A stretch of DNA of 64,000 nucleotides from Proteromonas lacertae (lineage: Eukaryota), in the NCBI GenBank assembly GCA_002245135.1, contig NGBS01000032.1, positions 1 to 64,000 of the forward strand, written 5' to 3'. How positions within the stretch are numbered: position 1 is the stretch's first letter; every line of letters begins with the position of its first letter. Position numbers and translations under genes: made by a program. Below the pieces are notes generated by a model. The model was not told the DNA's origin. It was given only the letters and a program-made list of their open reading frames with translations, and made no database searches. Shown one piece after another: positions 26,701 through 41,000 of this stretch.

Positions 26701-27589
26701 TTATCTCATTTAAGTAGAATAGATATAAGTACAAGTGGTTTTGATCGAGAACAATGGAGACAACAATTAGAACCATTATTTACTACTTGGAGTAGTCAAA
26801 CTGAAAATTCAAAGAATGTCTTAAACTCAATCAGTAATCAATTCAAGAAAGATCCAAAGAGTTATACTCCAATAGAAAACTTTGTAAAATTAGAATATGA
26901 TAAGATTCATAATTTGATCTTGAAAGTAAAGAAAGGATTAAGAAATGTAAAAGATGTGATTGGAGGAAATCAATTATTAACTCCAGAGATTCAAAACTTA
27001 GCTTCTTGTTTATTAAAAGGTGAAGTTCCTGTGAAATGGTATAATGAATGGGAAGGTCCTGAAAAGATAGCTTCTTGGATAAGTGGAATAATAAAAAAGA
27101 AAATCGCTGTAAGTGAATGGTTTCAACGAATGATGAATAATAGTTTATTAAATCAAGCAATTGATTTATCTGATATATTACATCCTGGAACGTTTTTACA
27201 AGTGCATTTGTCAGCAAACAGCTCGAGATTTGAAAGTTCCAATGGATAGTTTAAAGATGGCTTGTTATTGGAGTAATAATAAAGTGTCAAAGAATAGTAT
27301 ATCGATAACTGTAGAAGGTTTATTATTACAAGGTGCTTTATTTGATGGTGTAAAGTTGTGTAGTCCAAGTAATGATTCTAGTGATGTAACAAGTGCTCCA
27401 CAATGTCGAATTGCTTTTGTTAAAAATGATGATCCTGATATAATTGCGATGAGTCGAAATTTAGTGTTACCAGTGTATTACGATTCATCTCGAGAACAAG
27501 TTTTAACTCAATTATATCTTCCTTGTAGTGAAGAAAAAGAAAAGTGGATAATAAGTGGAGCAGCTATGTTTTTAATCGATAAAGACTAA
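14766..27589 (+). CDS. DYNC2H1: Cytoplasmic dynein-2 heavy chain (retrograde IFT motor); ~6 apparent frameshifts
   Basis: AAA1 GPAGTGKT, AAA3 GPEGCGK, AAA4 GSAGVGRR (dynein-2 type), tail WNHQLYKALE, RASVAAAPMAAWVKAN in the MTBD/stalk region. Four tiny introns, all before 15720. Confidence 0.95.
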
Positions 27590-27636
27590 AAATAATTGAT
27601 CATTAAATCATTGTTTATTGATGATATATATATATT

Positions 27637-27644
27637 TGTTTGTT
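27637..27644 (+). terminator. TGTTTGTT 3'-end processing element
   Basis: Lies 48 nt after the dynein stop; identical to the motif described downstream of Blastocystis poly(A) sites. Confidence 0.5.
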
Positions 27645-27844
27645 TATGTAATATTACTTCACATTTCATTGAATCATTTGTTAAGACAATTCTATTGATA
27701 TAGCTAATCCAATTGGTCATACAGGATTCAAGCTATTATAACCACATTTACATAATATATTAGAAGAAGAATATCTAAATAAAAAATAATTAATATAGGC
27801 TCGAATATTTGTTTGAAATGGTATTTTGAATTTGTTTTTATAAA

Positions 27845-30800
27845 ATGAGTTACAATTATGAAATAATCGATTTATGTGCATTTGAGAAATATAAATATGA
27901 TAATTGTTTAAATTATGATAAAGCTCGAGAGATTTGGAATAATCCAAGAGAACAAAGCTCTAAGAGAGAATCATTTGATAAAATAAAATCTATATTGGAT
28001 CATATATCGTTATTAAATGAAAATGACATAGAAATAGATTATTTAGAAGAGAAATTAAGAAAAATGAGTAAGAAACTACCTAATAGTAAAAATGAATATA
28101 AATTTGAAGATATAAATGACGATGATAAGAAGGAAATACGTATAGATGTTGATTATATGTCGTTATTATACACTTACTCACCAATTGCTTATACTCTCAT
28201 AGAATTATCATTTCAAAATGATTTAGAAAAATTTACTGAAAGATTATCTTCGATATTCGCCAAAATAAGAAGTTGTTTATATGATAAACACCAAATATTA
28301 CCAAATATAATAAAAGATATCAGAGGTTGTTTTATAAATGAAAATGATGTTTATATATCCAAATCATCATTTCAATCTATATTAAAACGTTATTCAATTG
28401 AATCTTCAAGAGTCTTATCAAGTCAAGATGTAGAAATATTAATAAAGTATTTAGATATTGAAGATAATCAATCAGTTAATATTTTACTCTTTTTAGATTC
28501 AATATTAGGAAATAAAACAGAAAATCTATCAAAATTACCAGCAAATGTATTGCCAAATAAAAATAGTTTTGAAGTAACCAGAGAACGAATATTCTATACA
28601 TATAATCGAGTAGAACAGAATGAATTGAAAGAGATTAAAAGATTGCTAAACAATAATGAAGAATATATTGATTATGAAAATACACTATTCGAAATCTTGA
28701 ATAAGATCAGAAAAAGGTATAAAAGAAATGTTGATAGATTCTGGAGAGATTCATATATAATAGAATCATCATCAGCAAATCCAATAGGTGAATTTGTATA
28801 TATTTTTATTTATTTTTAGTTTTATTCTTTTTAAATACATAGTTATTTGAAGAGATGTTAATAAAAGAATCTCCAAATCTTAGCGAAGGGGAAATCAAAT
28901 TTATTTCTCAACATTTTAAACTAAAAGATTCAATACCTCAAAATTTAATAGATATAAATAGATTTCTTAAAGCTTCTAGACTATTTGTGACAAACAGTTA
29001 TTTAGAACCATTAAAAATATCCTATTCGATATTTGAGCCAAATGCAAAAGGATATATAGATCCAAAAGAAGTAGAATATGTATATAATACAAGAGTAAAA
29101 TGGAATATTATTAAAAGAGATAGTTATATAGAAAGATGGTTAGAAAGAATACTCAGAAAGAAACAGATTAATTTAACAGAATGGATTCATTTTCACTTAT
29201 TTCGATGTTGTGAATTAGGCATAGAAAGTTATAAGAAATATATAGAAAGCACATGGGGTGAACCAAATAAGAATATACTGCATGGATATCATTATGTAAA
29301 TCAATTGAAAGAAGAAGCAAACAGAGTAATAATAACAAAAACATGGAATTATAATCCAAAAATAAAGAAATTTGTCTGTGATCAAACTGGGGAAACTAGT
29401 GATATAAATCCAATTCAAGCTGATGAAAAACTGAAGAGAATAGAGAAATACAAAGAAAAGCATTTCAGAGAATTAAAAGCAGAATTAGAAATAAAGAAAA
29501 GTATCAGAAAAAGGATGTTAAATGATGAACCAATTAATTGTAATAAGTCGTTGTGTTTAATGAGATGTAATCTATCAAAATTACCATCTATAATAAATAT
29601 AACAGATGGAATTGAATATATCAATTTGTCTCACAATAAATTGATTAGTATTCCGAATTTAATAAAGAATTACGATAGTTTAAAAATAGTGAACTTATCA
29701 CACAATAATATAACATCAATGTCATTGTATCATTTATCGAATTTAACAACAATTAATCTTTCAAATAATCAAATATCATCAATTCCAAACAGTATACAAT
29801 TCTATGTTTATTATTTAGATCAATTCCCTGAACTTCCATCTCTTAAATCATTGAATTTATCCCACAATAAATTAAAGAATCTTCCATCCGTGTTTTCTAC
29901 ACTTCATTCTTTAGAAACTCTTAATTTATCTGTATAAATATTCTTTTCTATTTATTTTTAGAGTAATGTATTCTATGATTTTCCAATTGTTCTAACATTA
30001 ATGAAATTGAAGAATCTGAATTTTGACAACAATAATATCAATTCACTTCCACCAGTTTTCAACTTTTTATCATCACTTCAATCATTTACTCTACAATATA
30101 ATCGAATAAGATCATTACCAGAATCATTTCATTTATTCTCAGATTTAAAGGAGTTGAACTTTTCTCATAACTCAATAATGTCACTTCCACATTCATTTAA
30201 TGGATTTAGTTCAATATGTGAATTGAAATGCTATTTCAATAATATTGGAACAGTGACTGAATTGGATGATATAAAATCAGTAAAATCTATAGATTTATCT
30301 AACAATAAGTATATCTATAATAGTTGTTATTAGTTTATACATAGAATTGAAAGTATTACCTCTTTTCAGTATTATGAGAATCTTTATAATTGTGTCTTAT
30401 CTTATAACAATATAACCAACATATCACCACTTTTATCTCTGCAAAATCTAGTTACACTTTTATTAGATCATAATAATATTACTATAATACCTCCAGATAT
30501 TAAAAACCTAACAAAGTGTAGTACAATTAATTTATCATATAACAATATTAATGATATTCCTGTTGTAGTTGGTGATTTAACCCAATTAATTGAGTTGAAT
30601 TTATTCAATAATCCTAATCTTATAGAACCATTCAAATCAATTGTGCTTACTGGTAATTTGCCATTCACAGAAAATATTGGATGGACAAGCATAAAAACTA
30701 AATTATACAATAATTGTATGCTTAATGCAAAACTGTTGGATAAAATAATTCATGAACTTTTAGCATCTGATGATTCAATACCCAATTCAACTATACCTGC

Positions 30801-32134
30801 TGAACAATGTGTTTATAGATTATTGTTATATAATAAATTGAAAGATAAAGAAGGAATAAGTAGAGCAGCTTTGAAAAGAGTGTTTGTATTAATCAATGTT
30901 ACTTTAAATGATAAAGAATTAGAACAAATATCAATGAAATTTCCATCCAATGAAAATGGTATTTTTTTTTTATGTTATAATTAATATAGATATTGATATA
31001 GATAGTTTTAATTACTCTATATTTCATGATGATAATAACATTGGTTTATTACCAATTGTAGAATACTGTAGATACTTGATGCTAAAGAAAGTAAGAGTAA
31101 AGAACAAAAAGGAAATTGATTTTATTGTATTGATTGAATGGTATATACTTTTTTACATAGAAAAATAATACTTTACAATACCAGTTAGATAAGATTAACG
31201 AAAAGAATAATCTTGATGATTTGATTGAAGCTAATAAGGTAATAGCTAAGAAAAAAGCAAGTGAATTGAGATTAATGAAAAAGAAAGCTGCTTTAGAAAG
31301 AGAAAAGCAGCATCAAATAGCATTATTAAACCAAGAGAATCAGCAAATGGAACAATATCAAAATGAAGAAATAAGACAAAAAAGTAATGAATTAAAGGCT
31401 GTTTTTAATCAAATAAATAGAGATAATATACAAATTAACAGGTTGAAAACTGAGTCAGAAGAAATGAAAAGAAGAAGAAGCGAAACTCATAAAGAAATAG
31501 ATTCAGATAAACCACTAATAGAAGAAAAGGAAGAAGAAATAGAAGTAAGTCCAAATATAACACCAAAACAAGAAGGTGAAGAAGAAAGTACATTAACTCC
31601 AAATATGACTATGCGGGAGGAGAGAATTGAAGAGATGTTATATCAAAAAGAGTATCATGAAAAAATGAAACAGTTAGGGGGAATTCAAGAGGAAAATGAG
31701 GAAGAAGAAAGTAAAGAAAGTGTTAAAAAGGAAAAGAAAAAAGAAGATGAAAAATCAGAAAAATCATTAGATTTACCTCCAGATCTTTATAAAGTATATT
31801 TAAAATGTTTTTATCTCTGATTAAATAGATGAATATAAGCAGTAGAGGAATGTCAAAGAAAATACTAATAAACATAAAAGTGCCTTGGTTATCAAACACA
31901 TTCAAAATTGTTACATCCCTATCAAATACAGTCGCAGATTTAATTAAACAAATATCAACCTTCCATTTACTTCCACAAAAGCAAATCGTATATATTGTTC
32001 ATTTAACATTTTATTAGTTTTTGTTCTTTGATCATTGTATAATGGAAAAAGAAAAGCAATTAGAATTTTATGAAATAAAGAATAATGCAACTGTTAATAT
32101 GATATTATCAAAAGAAACAGAAGTTGATATTTAA
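27845..32134 (+). CDS. Multidomain protein: EF-hand-like, typical LRR array, coiled coil, C-terminal ubiquitin-like domain
   Basis: EF-like DIEDNQSVN and EPNAKGYID; LxxLNLSHNxLxxLP repeats; spliced C-terminus ILINIKVPW..TVADLIKQI...QIFLFFDHCIMEKEKQLEFYEIKNNATVNMIL. Confidence 0.75.
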
Positions 32135-32355
32135 TTTTTCTACAAAATAAACTCTATTTTGAAATAATATATTAAAGTGAAAATAGTATAACAATAACAT
32201 AATTCAAAAACTACTGTATTGAAATAAAACTTTTCTATAACTTTTTTTTAAATATGTTATTTATGTATTATATATATAAACATTGCTTCTTTGAATACAT
32301 TATTTTTATAAGACAATTCAAAGAAAATAGCAAATATATTACTACATATTCTATT

Positions 32356-35300
32356 TTAATTGATTTTTATCCTCTTATTCTCTTGAACTAAATCATCATC
32401 ACTCTCTTCTCTCTTTCTTTTCAAAGATAATACTTCTTCTAAAGATATTATATTCTCTTTATTCAATTTACACACATAATTACCACACAAAATCACATGC
32501 ATTTTTATCAAACAATTATGATATCGACTATTCCTCATATCTCGAAGTATATCTTCTATTTTCATATTCTGAGTTGGGCTAAATATGAAATATTGAACAT
32601 ATTGTTTACCATTCATTAATAAATTAAAGAAATCATATTCATAACTTTCATCCATTCCTTGGTTTATTTCATCCATCATACAGAATGGAGCTTCTATTAA
32701 AGTCCTCATTGATAATAGAAATATCGCTGTAGCAAATGATTTTTCACCTCCTGATAAATCATCACCTGTTATATCTCTTTTATCATCGAAAGTTTTCAAT
32801 TTTCCACTTATTCTTATTTCATATTTACTTATAGCATTAAAAAATTCACTATTTATATTATATATATATATAATCAATACGATGGATTAGATGGAATATC
32901 ACAAACACTTGGATCTAACGTTATACTTCCCAATGCTCCTTCTTTATGAGTTTTTGCATCCAAATATCGACAAAAATGCTTGTTCATTTCTTCAACTACT
33001 CTTTTGATCTTTTTATTCCATTTTGTGAAATTTATTTGGAATATTTCACTCATTTTATCAATGTCTTTGTCTAGTAAATACACTTTCTCTTTTAAGATTG
33101 TCACTGTTGATAGTAAGTCTGTATAATTATCAGTCACTTCAGTATTCTGTATTGTTCTCTTTTTTGCTAATTTTCTTTGTTCATTGATAAATAAGTTTAA
33201 AGTTCTCTAATTGTACAATAATAATAATAATAATACTTGTAATTCTTCATATGAAATATCAAACTCTTTATATGTTGGTGGTAAAGTCTATACATTATAT
33301 AAAACAGAGAAATACATATGAACAATAGGAATTTGTTTCAATTGGACAATTATTTAAAGCAATTTGATTGGTTCTCAATGCTAATACACTCTTTGCATAT
33401 TCTAATGCATCTTTCATCTTCTTTTCAGTATGTCTTAACCTGTTCTCATGATTATTTCTCACTGTTTGAATCTTAGTCAAATTTTCTTCCTCAGCTTTGA
33501 TATTTAATTTCATTAAATTGATTTCTTTCTCTACTCTTCCAATTATCAATTCACCAATTTCTGCTATTTCCATTTTCTTAGCTAATTCTATCATTTCTTT
33601 TAATCTTGTTGAGTAATTACGATACATAGAAGGAACTGCTTCTTGTGAATTTATAGCTTCAAGCTGTTTTATTGACATTTCTAGACTTTTCTTTTCATTA
33701 CTAATCTATTAATATATAATAACAATAAATATCATGTTATACATCTTTTATCATTTGATTTAATGATGTTTCTTTACTTCTTGAAAAATGTAATGAAGTA
33801 CTGCAATTATTATATTCTTCTTTTAGTTTATCTTTCTCTAATGTTAATGATTTTATTCTATTTTCTAGCTCTTTACATTTCATATTTTTATCATCAAATC
33901 TTTTCTTTAATATTGCTAATTCTTTTTCTAATTTGTCTCTTTTATCTAATGAACCAGATTCTACCAATCGAAATGATAAATTCAATCGAAATGGTTCAGT
34001 TTGAATTGATATTTGTCTACCTCTGATTTTGTTAAATATTATCTTTAAAGTGGATGTAAATACAATAATTGAACTTAAGGATCTTATATCAATTATATTA
34101 TTATTCGAATTTCTGTTACTATCGTTATTTCTTAAGAAATTACTAAATTTATTCATATCAAAGGTGTTATCACCTATTAATATGTTTTGTATTCCAGATT
34201 CTCTTCTTAATAACTCTTTCACAGGTTCTGCTCCTTTAGGAAAGATTAAATAATTATCTAATGTAGAACTAATACCTAAATCAGCTTTCTTAATAAAATC
34301 AATATTTAATGATTTGGTAGAATTATTTGAAGTTACTGTAAATACACTTACTTTACTCAATCTCTTTTCTCGTATAAAATTCCTCACTTTTATCCCATCT
34401 TCATCACAGGTACAAAGTATACCACATTGAGTAAAGAAACCAACACTTGATTGTAGATATTGTGCAAATATATCTTCATTAACTCCAATATATTGAAAAA
34501 TAGGAGCAAAAATAGGTGATTTGAATGAACTTTTATTATATTTTATAAATTCTAAACATCTTTTTGTATCATTGGGAATTATTGAGTCTGTTCCACTTGA
34601 AAAGGTTTTTAATAATTCTTCTCTTTCAGATATTTGACTTTCTAATGGTTTTAATTCAGATTTGTTCTTGTTTAATTGATCTATTAGTTTTCTTTCTTCT
34701 ACTGTTGAGTTGTTGATTTTTTGACTTAACTCTTCAATTTTCTTTTTTATTCCTTCATCTTGGTTTTGTGGCATTGATTTTAAATTTTCTAATCGGTTTT
34801 CTTTGCTTTCAATCTATTCATATTTATTAATAATTATATAGACAATACTGTCTCTTGTTGTCTTTCAATTTTATCTTTAAAGAATTTCACATCGGAAGCA
34901 TGATTATTAACCTAATTACAATATAACAATAGTTTATACTCTATGAATAATATCATCTGCATAATTACATACTTTATTCAGTTCTCTCTTCAAATTTGAA
35001 TAATTCAGTGATTTTGTCTTAAAAGAATTCTTTTCGATTTCTAATTTTGATATTTCATTCTTATAACCTTCGATCTTCTTTTCAATCTAATAATAATAAT
35101 TATTATTATTATATACAATATCAGTAGTTGATAAATCATTATATAAATTTAATTCACCTTTAAAAGTATTTTTTGTTTCAGCATATTTTGCCCAAGCCAT
35201 TATCTTATTCATTTGAGTGATTTTTTCATTTATTTCTTTCAATTTTGCAGATAAATTCTGTTTACTCTCAGCTTTAACTAGTTTCATTTCTGTTATATGT

Positions 35301-36132
35301 AACTGCTCACTCTGTTTCTCTTTTTGTTTTACTAATTCCATTATTTTACTACTATCAGATAATAATAACTTGTGTAGCTTATACTATATATAAAATAAAT
35401 AATATATCAATAATTTATACTAAATTATAGTTTACTGCTTTCTCTATATTCAATAGATTTCTTTTGGAATCATTTGTTAAGACAGAACAGGTTTTTTCTT
35501 GAGGTAATACTTGGTATAAGTTGTTTGTATTTATGTTAAAATTCTCTTTCAAATATTTCTTTATTTCATCTTTGTCTTTCAACTACATATTATTATTATT
35601 ATTATTATTATTATACATGCACATCACCATATATTAAGTCTCTTTCTCCTGTAATTAAGTCAATCTTACATATTAATCGACAATTACAGTCAGTATGATC
35701 ATCTGGCTATAAATGAATAGATTCTATTATTTTTATACATCCATGGAATTAACTAAGGTCGTGCATTTATTTTGAATATGAAGATATACAATAACATAAG
35801 CAGCTTCCTTTTCATCTTTGTTATTTCTCACATAATCTTCAAGAGTCTTACCTCTTTCACATTCTTCAGGGGTTGATCCTAATGCTAATCTTACACCAAC
35901 TATTATTGAACTCTATTAATAAATATTCCTATTTGATACTTTTCCACAACCATTCGGACCAAATATTAAATTAATACCATAGGAAGGTCTCATGTCAAAT
36001 TTTGAGAAATTCATAAGATTTTGGATCTCAATTTTGTATATACTAAGGAGATCATAATTATTACATATACTATGGATAGAATGGATCTGTGTTTCCAGTA
36101 TAAGCTATTATATCATCAGGTATTTTGTTCAT
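32356..36132 (-). CDS. SMC5: Structural maintenance of chromosomes protein 5 (divergent), multi-exon
   Basis: Walker A GPNGCGK, NLYQVLPQEK, signature LSGGEKS, Walker B with SMC5-type MDEINQGMD; coiled coils and hinge. Confidence 0.9.
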
Positions 36133-36491
36133 AGCAGTCAATAATTAAAACAAAAGACTTCCAAAAATATATCCGTTTCTAATTTTTGTTTTTCTTCGTT
36201 TTATTTAATACTCTTCACTTGTTTTAACTCTTTAATCACAAACACAAAAATACTCTGTATACTACATCTAAGTTTAAGCTAAAATTAGTTACATGCATAA
36301 AAATGAGTTAATTAAGAATAAAATATAAATTGAGCTTCATATTTATGCAGTTTAACATGAATAGTTATATATTTTTTAATTTACGACTATTTCTGCTAAT
36401 AATATGAAATTAATTACAAAAGAAACACAATTTCGAAATAATAAAGTTTAACAACATTAAGAGATAAGTAATATAATAACAATAACATAAT

Positions 36492-38011
36492 CTATTCATT
36501 ATTTCTATTTTCTGTTGATTCTAAATGTTCCCAGTTGTTAATCATCATCTTTGAACATGATAATAAAGCTTGCTTTGCAATTTGAGGATTTGGACTAGCT
36601 AATAATTCCATCACTTGATTCTTTAATCCTGTAGTTTTACAAATACTATGAATATAATAGAATAACAATATTAATACGATTTACCATTTGGATAGAATCT
36701 AACAAATTCTCCCAAATCATAACAAGCTACAGCAACTGTTTCTTCATCATTACTATGTAATAACAATGAATATTGTTTCATCAATTCAAAACAATTCTTC
36801 TCAATACTCTTTATATTTTCCTTCCAAAATTCTGGTGTATGTGTTGGACCCCATGTTAATTTGTGACTATATATCTCTCTTTCATAACGATCATAAGAGG
36901 AAATCACATGGTAATCTTTCATTATTTCAACGGTTATATCATCAATCATTTCTTTAATATCATTATCACTGAATGTTCTTTCGATCAATATTTCTAATAC
37001 TTTTTTCATTCCTGCATCTAAAATTTCTTCATTCATATTATTATGACCTACTAAATTCTATTTATATATATTTAAATAAATATATATACTTTTATTGTTG
37101 CTAATCCAACTCTTAAGGACTTCTCTCTTGAACATGTTCTTAATTTTTCAACCAATATTGAAATAGCATTTGAATGTGCAGATTTGAACTGTTCATGTGA
37201 TTTTTCTTCATAACTTAATAACCAAAAACATATAAAACAATCATATTCAGTTTGACTCACAAGCTGATCTCGGAATATAGCAGTTAAAGCATGTATCTTT
37301 TTCATTTGGACGAATTGATATCTGAATGGATGATAACGTAGTAAATACTATTATTATTACATAAACATATAAGCACAATATACAGATAATCCTGCAATAG
37401 CGTGATTTAATAGAGATGTTCGATGATCTAACTCATTTAGACAAAAAGTAGTGAAAGCTGTATAATCAGAGGGAGCTGTACGTTCAGCACTATTTCAAAT
37501 TATTAAAAAAGACATTAATAATACCATATTATAACTGCTGCGATTATTACACACTTTCTTTTACAATAATCAGATACTCCTTTTTGCTTTACTAACTCTA
37601 TAAAACGTTGAAGTGGTATTTTATCAGAATCTGATAAATATTTTACTCTATCTGCATTACCACCTAAAAATTCGTCAATCATAGTCAACAAGAAATTAAT
37701 AGCATTTATATCTTGAACTTGCATAAATAGACTAAGACAAGAATGCATTGCCCTAATTATTGCTGGCTAAATATATATAAATAAAAAGAATACAGGGTTT
37801 TTACTTAACACTTCACCAAATTGTACAGGTGTCATTCCAACATATGGTCTAAATGAATCACATTCATCTCTATGTCCTCTATATAGATAGAAGGAAAGAT
37901 ATAGTACGGAATGATAGCATTCCAATCTGGTTCATTTTTAAGTATTGTCTCACGGTTTAATTCACTAAAGAGTTTTATATTCCTAATAATATACAGGTTC
38001 TGATTATTCAT
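36492..38011 (-). CDS. ATP6V1H: V-type proton ATPase subunit H, multi-exon
   Basis: LTWGPTH..EFWKEN, VAVACYDLGEFVRFYPNGK, AKQALLSCSKMM..NWE. Confidence 0.93.
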
Positions 38012-38080
38012 CAAGATTCTTTTTGAACAAGCTGACTTGATATTCAAACAGGTTTGGGATTTTAATTCGTCAATTTTTGA

Positions 38081-41000
38081 ATGTCTACTCTGCAGAAAAG
38101 CGATAGTCAAAGTGGAAGTACAATTATTCTTTTTTTAATTTGTATTAGACGAAGAATGGAAGGATAAATATGAGCAATTAGTTCAAAAAGTATATAAACA
38201 AATAATAACACTCTTGACTTATTTTTGAATAGTATACTTCTCTTGCTACTAAAACAAAAGAAGTTGCTGCAAAATATAAAGTTTTAGAAGTATTTTTCTT
38301 AGTTATAATATTAGTCTGAAAAAAATCATTTAGAAGAGCAATTGAAGAAATTTGAAGGAGTTGTATGAAATTTTATATTATATTTTAGGAAGTACCAGTA
38401 AATGAAGAATTAGAAGAACTAAAAAAGGTATTGATCAAATACAAAGCAGAAAATGCAGCACAAAAAGAAAAGCTGAAATTAACAGCCTCAGTTCTAAAAC
38501 AAATAAAAGCTGAAAATGATTCTTTAAAATCGAATCAAAGTAATCAATCCTCTGACATATCTACTAATCAGAAATATATTGAGCTTCAAAACAAATATGC
38601 AGAGTTATTAAACACATTAGAGCAATATAAAGCAGAATCTGTTCCATTAACTGTTCATTCAGAGTTACAATCGAGATATAATGAACTTCATGAAGAATTA
38701 CAATCAATTGGTAATGTAGAAAAATCAGTTGAAGGCAATGAAGGAAAAGGCTTAGAATTAAATGAGAATCGAATTCATGAACTAGAAGATGAAAACAACA
38801 GAATAAAACAAGAGAACGAAGATTTAAAGAAAGAAATTGAGGTGTTAGAGAAAAAAACAAAGGATCTAGAAATAGAAACTATCAATTTGAAAGAATCATT
38901 TAATATGCGAAATAGTGAAGATGAAATCAGTCAAACATCACCTGTAGTATTAAAGGAATTAGAAAAAGAAGACGCAGAAAAGAAAGAGAAACTATCAAAA
39001 GAAGAAAAGAAGCAAAAAGCTAAAAAATTCTTTGATAGTGATAAAGAAGAATAAAAGTCATACTGATAATAGTAATAATAAAACTGTAGCAGTTGAATTA
39101 GAGAATAAAAACAAGGAATTAACTTTAAAGAATGAAGAATTAGTGAAGGAAGTGGAAGAATTACAATCAAAATTGTCAACTATAACTCCAGAATTAAGTG
39201 AAAATCAAATTGTGAATGAATTAAATGATAAGATTGAGAATTTAGAAAATTTATATAGTTCACTTCAAAATGAATATAATGAATATAAACTACAACAGAA
39301 ACAAGAGAATAATGATAATGATAATAATATCGAAATAAATAAACTAAAGAATGAAAAAGCAGAAGTTTTGATAAGATTAGAGAATATTGAAAGTCAGTTT
39401 AAATACAATGAAGAACAGTTAATAAAGAGTCAACAGAATGTATTGAAGTTAGAAGATGATATTAAAATCAAAGATAATGAATTAAACGAATTGAAACTAA
39501 AGTATGAGGAAGAGAATGATAAGAATGTAGAGAGAATAAATGAATTAGAGAAAGAATGTGATGAAAAATATGATAGAATATGTGAATTAGATAGTAGTAA
39601 TAAAGAAATGGCAGAAGAAAAAGAAAAATTATTAAAAGAATTAAACGAATATAAAGAAAAAGAAAAAGAAATAAATGAAAAGAATGATACAATGATAAAA
39701 CAAATAAAAGATTCTAAGATGATAGTTGAAAATCTAAAGAATGAAATAGATAAAGAAAAGAAATTTAAAGAAAGTTTAGAAAATGAATTGAATGAGTATT
39801 GAATGAAAAGTTAAATCAATCGAATCAAGAGAAAGAAGAAATACAAAAGTCAAAAGAAGAAATAGAAAGTCAATTGAATGAAATGAATGAAAAGTTAAAT
39901 CAATCGAATCAAGAGAAAGAAGAAATACAAAAGTCAAAAGAAGAAATAGAAAGTCAATTGAATGAAATGAAAGAAAATGAGAATAAGAAAAACGAAAAAG
40001 TAAAAGAGATGATGTTAAAAATGAATGAAAAGATAAAAGATAAAGATGAGAGAATAAAAGAATTAGAACAGAGTAATAATGAAATGAGTAATAAGTTAGA
40101 AAATATCGAGATGAATGGAAATGAATTGATAGAGAAACTTGAATCAATCGAAAGAATAAAAACTGAATTAGAAAATGAATTGAATGTATTGAATGAAAAG
40201 TTAAATCAATCGAATCAAGAGAAAGAAGAAATACAAAAGTCAAAAGAAGAAATAGAAAGTCAATTGAATGAAATGAAAGAAAATGAGAATAAGAAAAACG
40301 AAAAAGTAAAAGAGATGATGTTAAAAATGAATGAAAAGATAAAAGATAAAGATGAGAGAATAAAAGAATTAGAACAGAGTAATAATGAAATGAGTAATAA
40401 GTTAGAAAATATCGAGATGAATGGAAATGAATTGATAGAGAAACTTGAATCAATCGAAAGAATAAAAACTGAATTAGAAAATGAATTGAATGTATTGAAT
40501 GAAAAGTTAAATCAATCGAATCAAGAGAAAGAAGAAATACAAAAGTCAAAAGAAGAAATAGAAAGTCAATTGAATGAAATGAATGAAAAGTTAAATCAAT
40601 CGAATCAAGAGAAAGAAGAAATACAAAAGTCAAAAGAAGAAATAGAAAGTCAATTGAATGAAATGAAAGAAAATGAGAATAAGAAAAACGAAAAAGTAAA
40701 AGAGATGATGTTAAAAATGAATGAAAAGATAAAAGATAAAGATGAGAGAATAAAAGAATTAGAACAGAGTAATAATGAAATGAGTAATAAGTTAGAAAAT
40801 ATCGAGATGAATGGAAATGAATTGATAGAGAAACTTGAATCAATCGAAAGAATAAAAACTGAATTAGAAAATGAATTGAATGTATTGAATGAAAAGTTAA
40901 ATCAATCGAATCAAGAGAAAGAAGAAATACAAAAGTCAAAAGAAGAAATAGAAAGTCAATTGAATGAAATGAAAGAAAATGAGAATAAGAAAAACGAAAA

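Noticed and set aside
35738..35790. Second U12-like intron in SMC5 (ATATCTT...CCTTAG on minus)
   Set aside because: The stretch reads through as coding (YVIVYLHIQNKCTTLV) and a canonical GT-AG intron follows.
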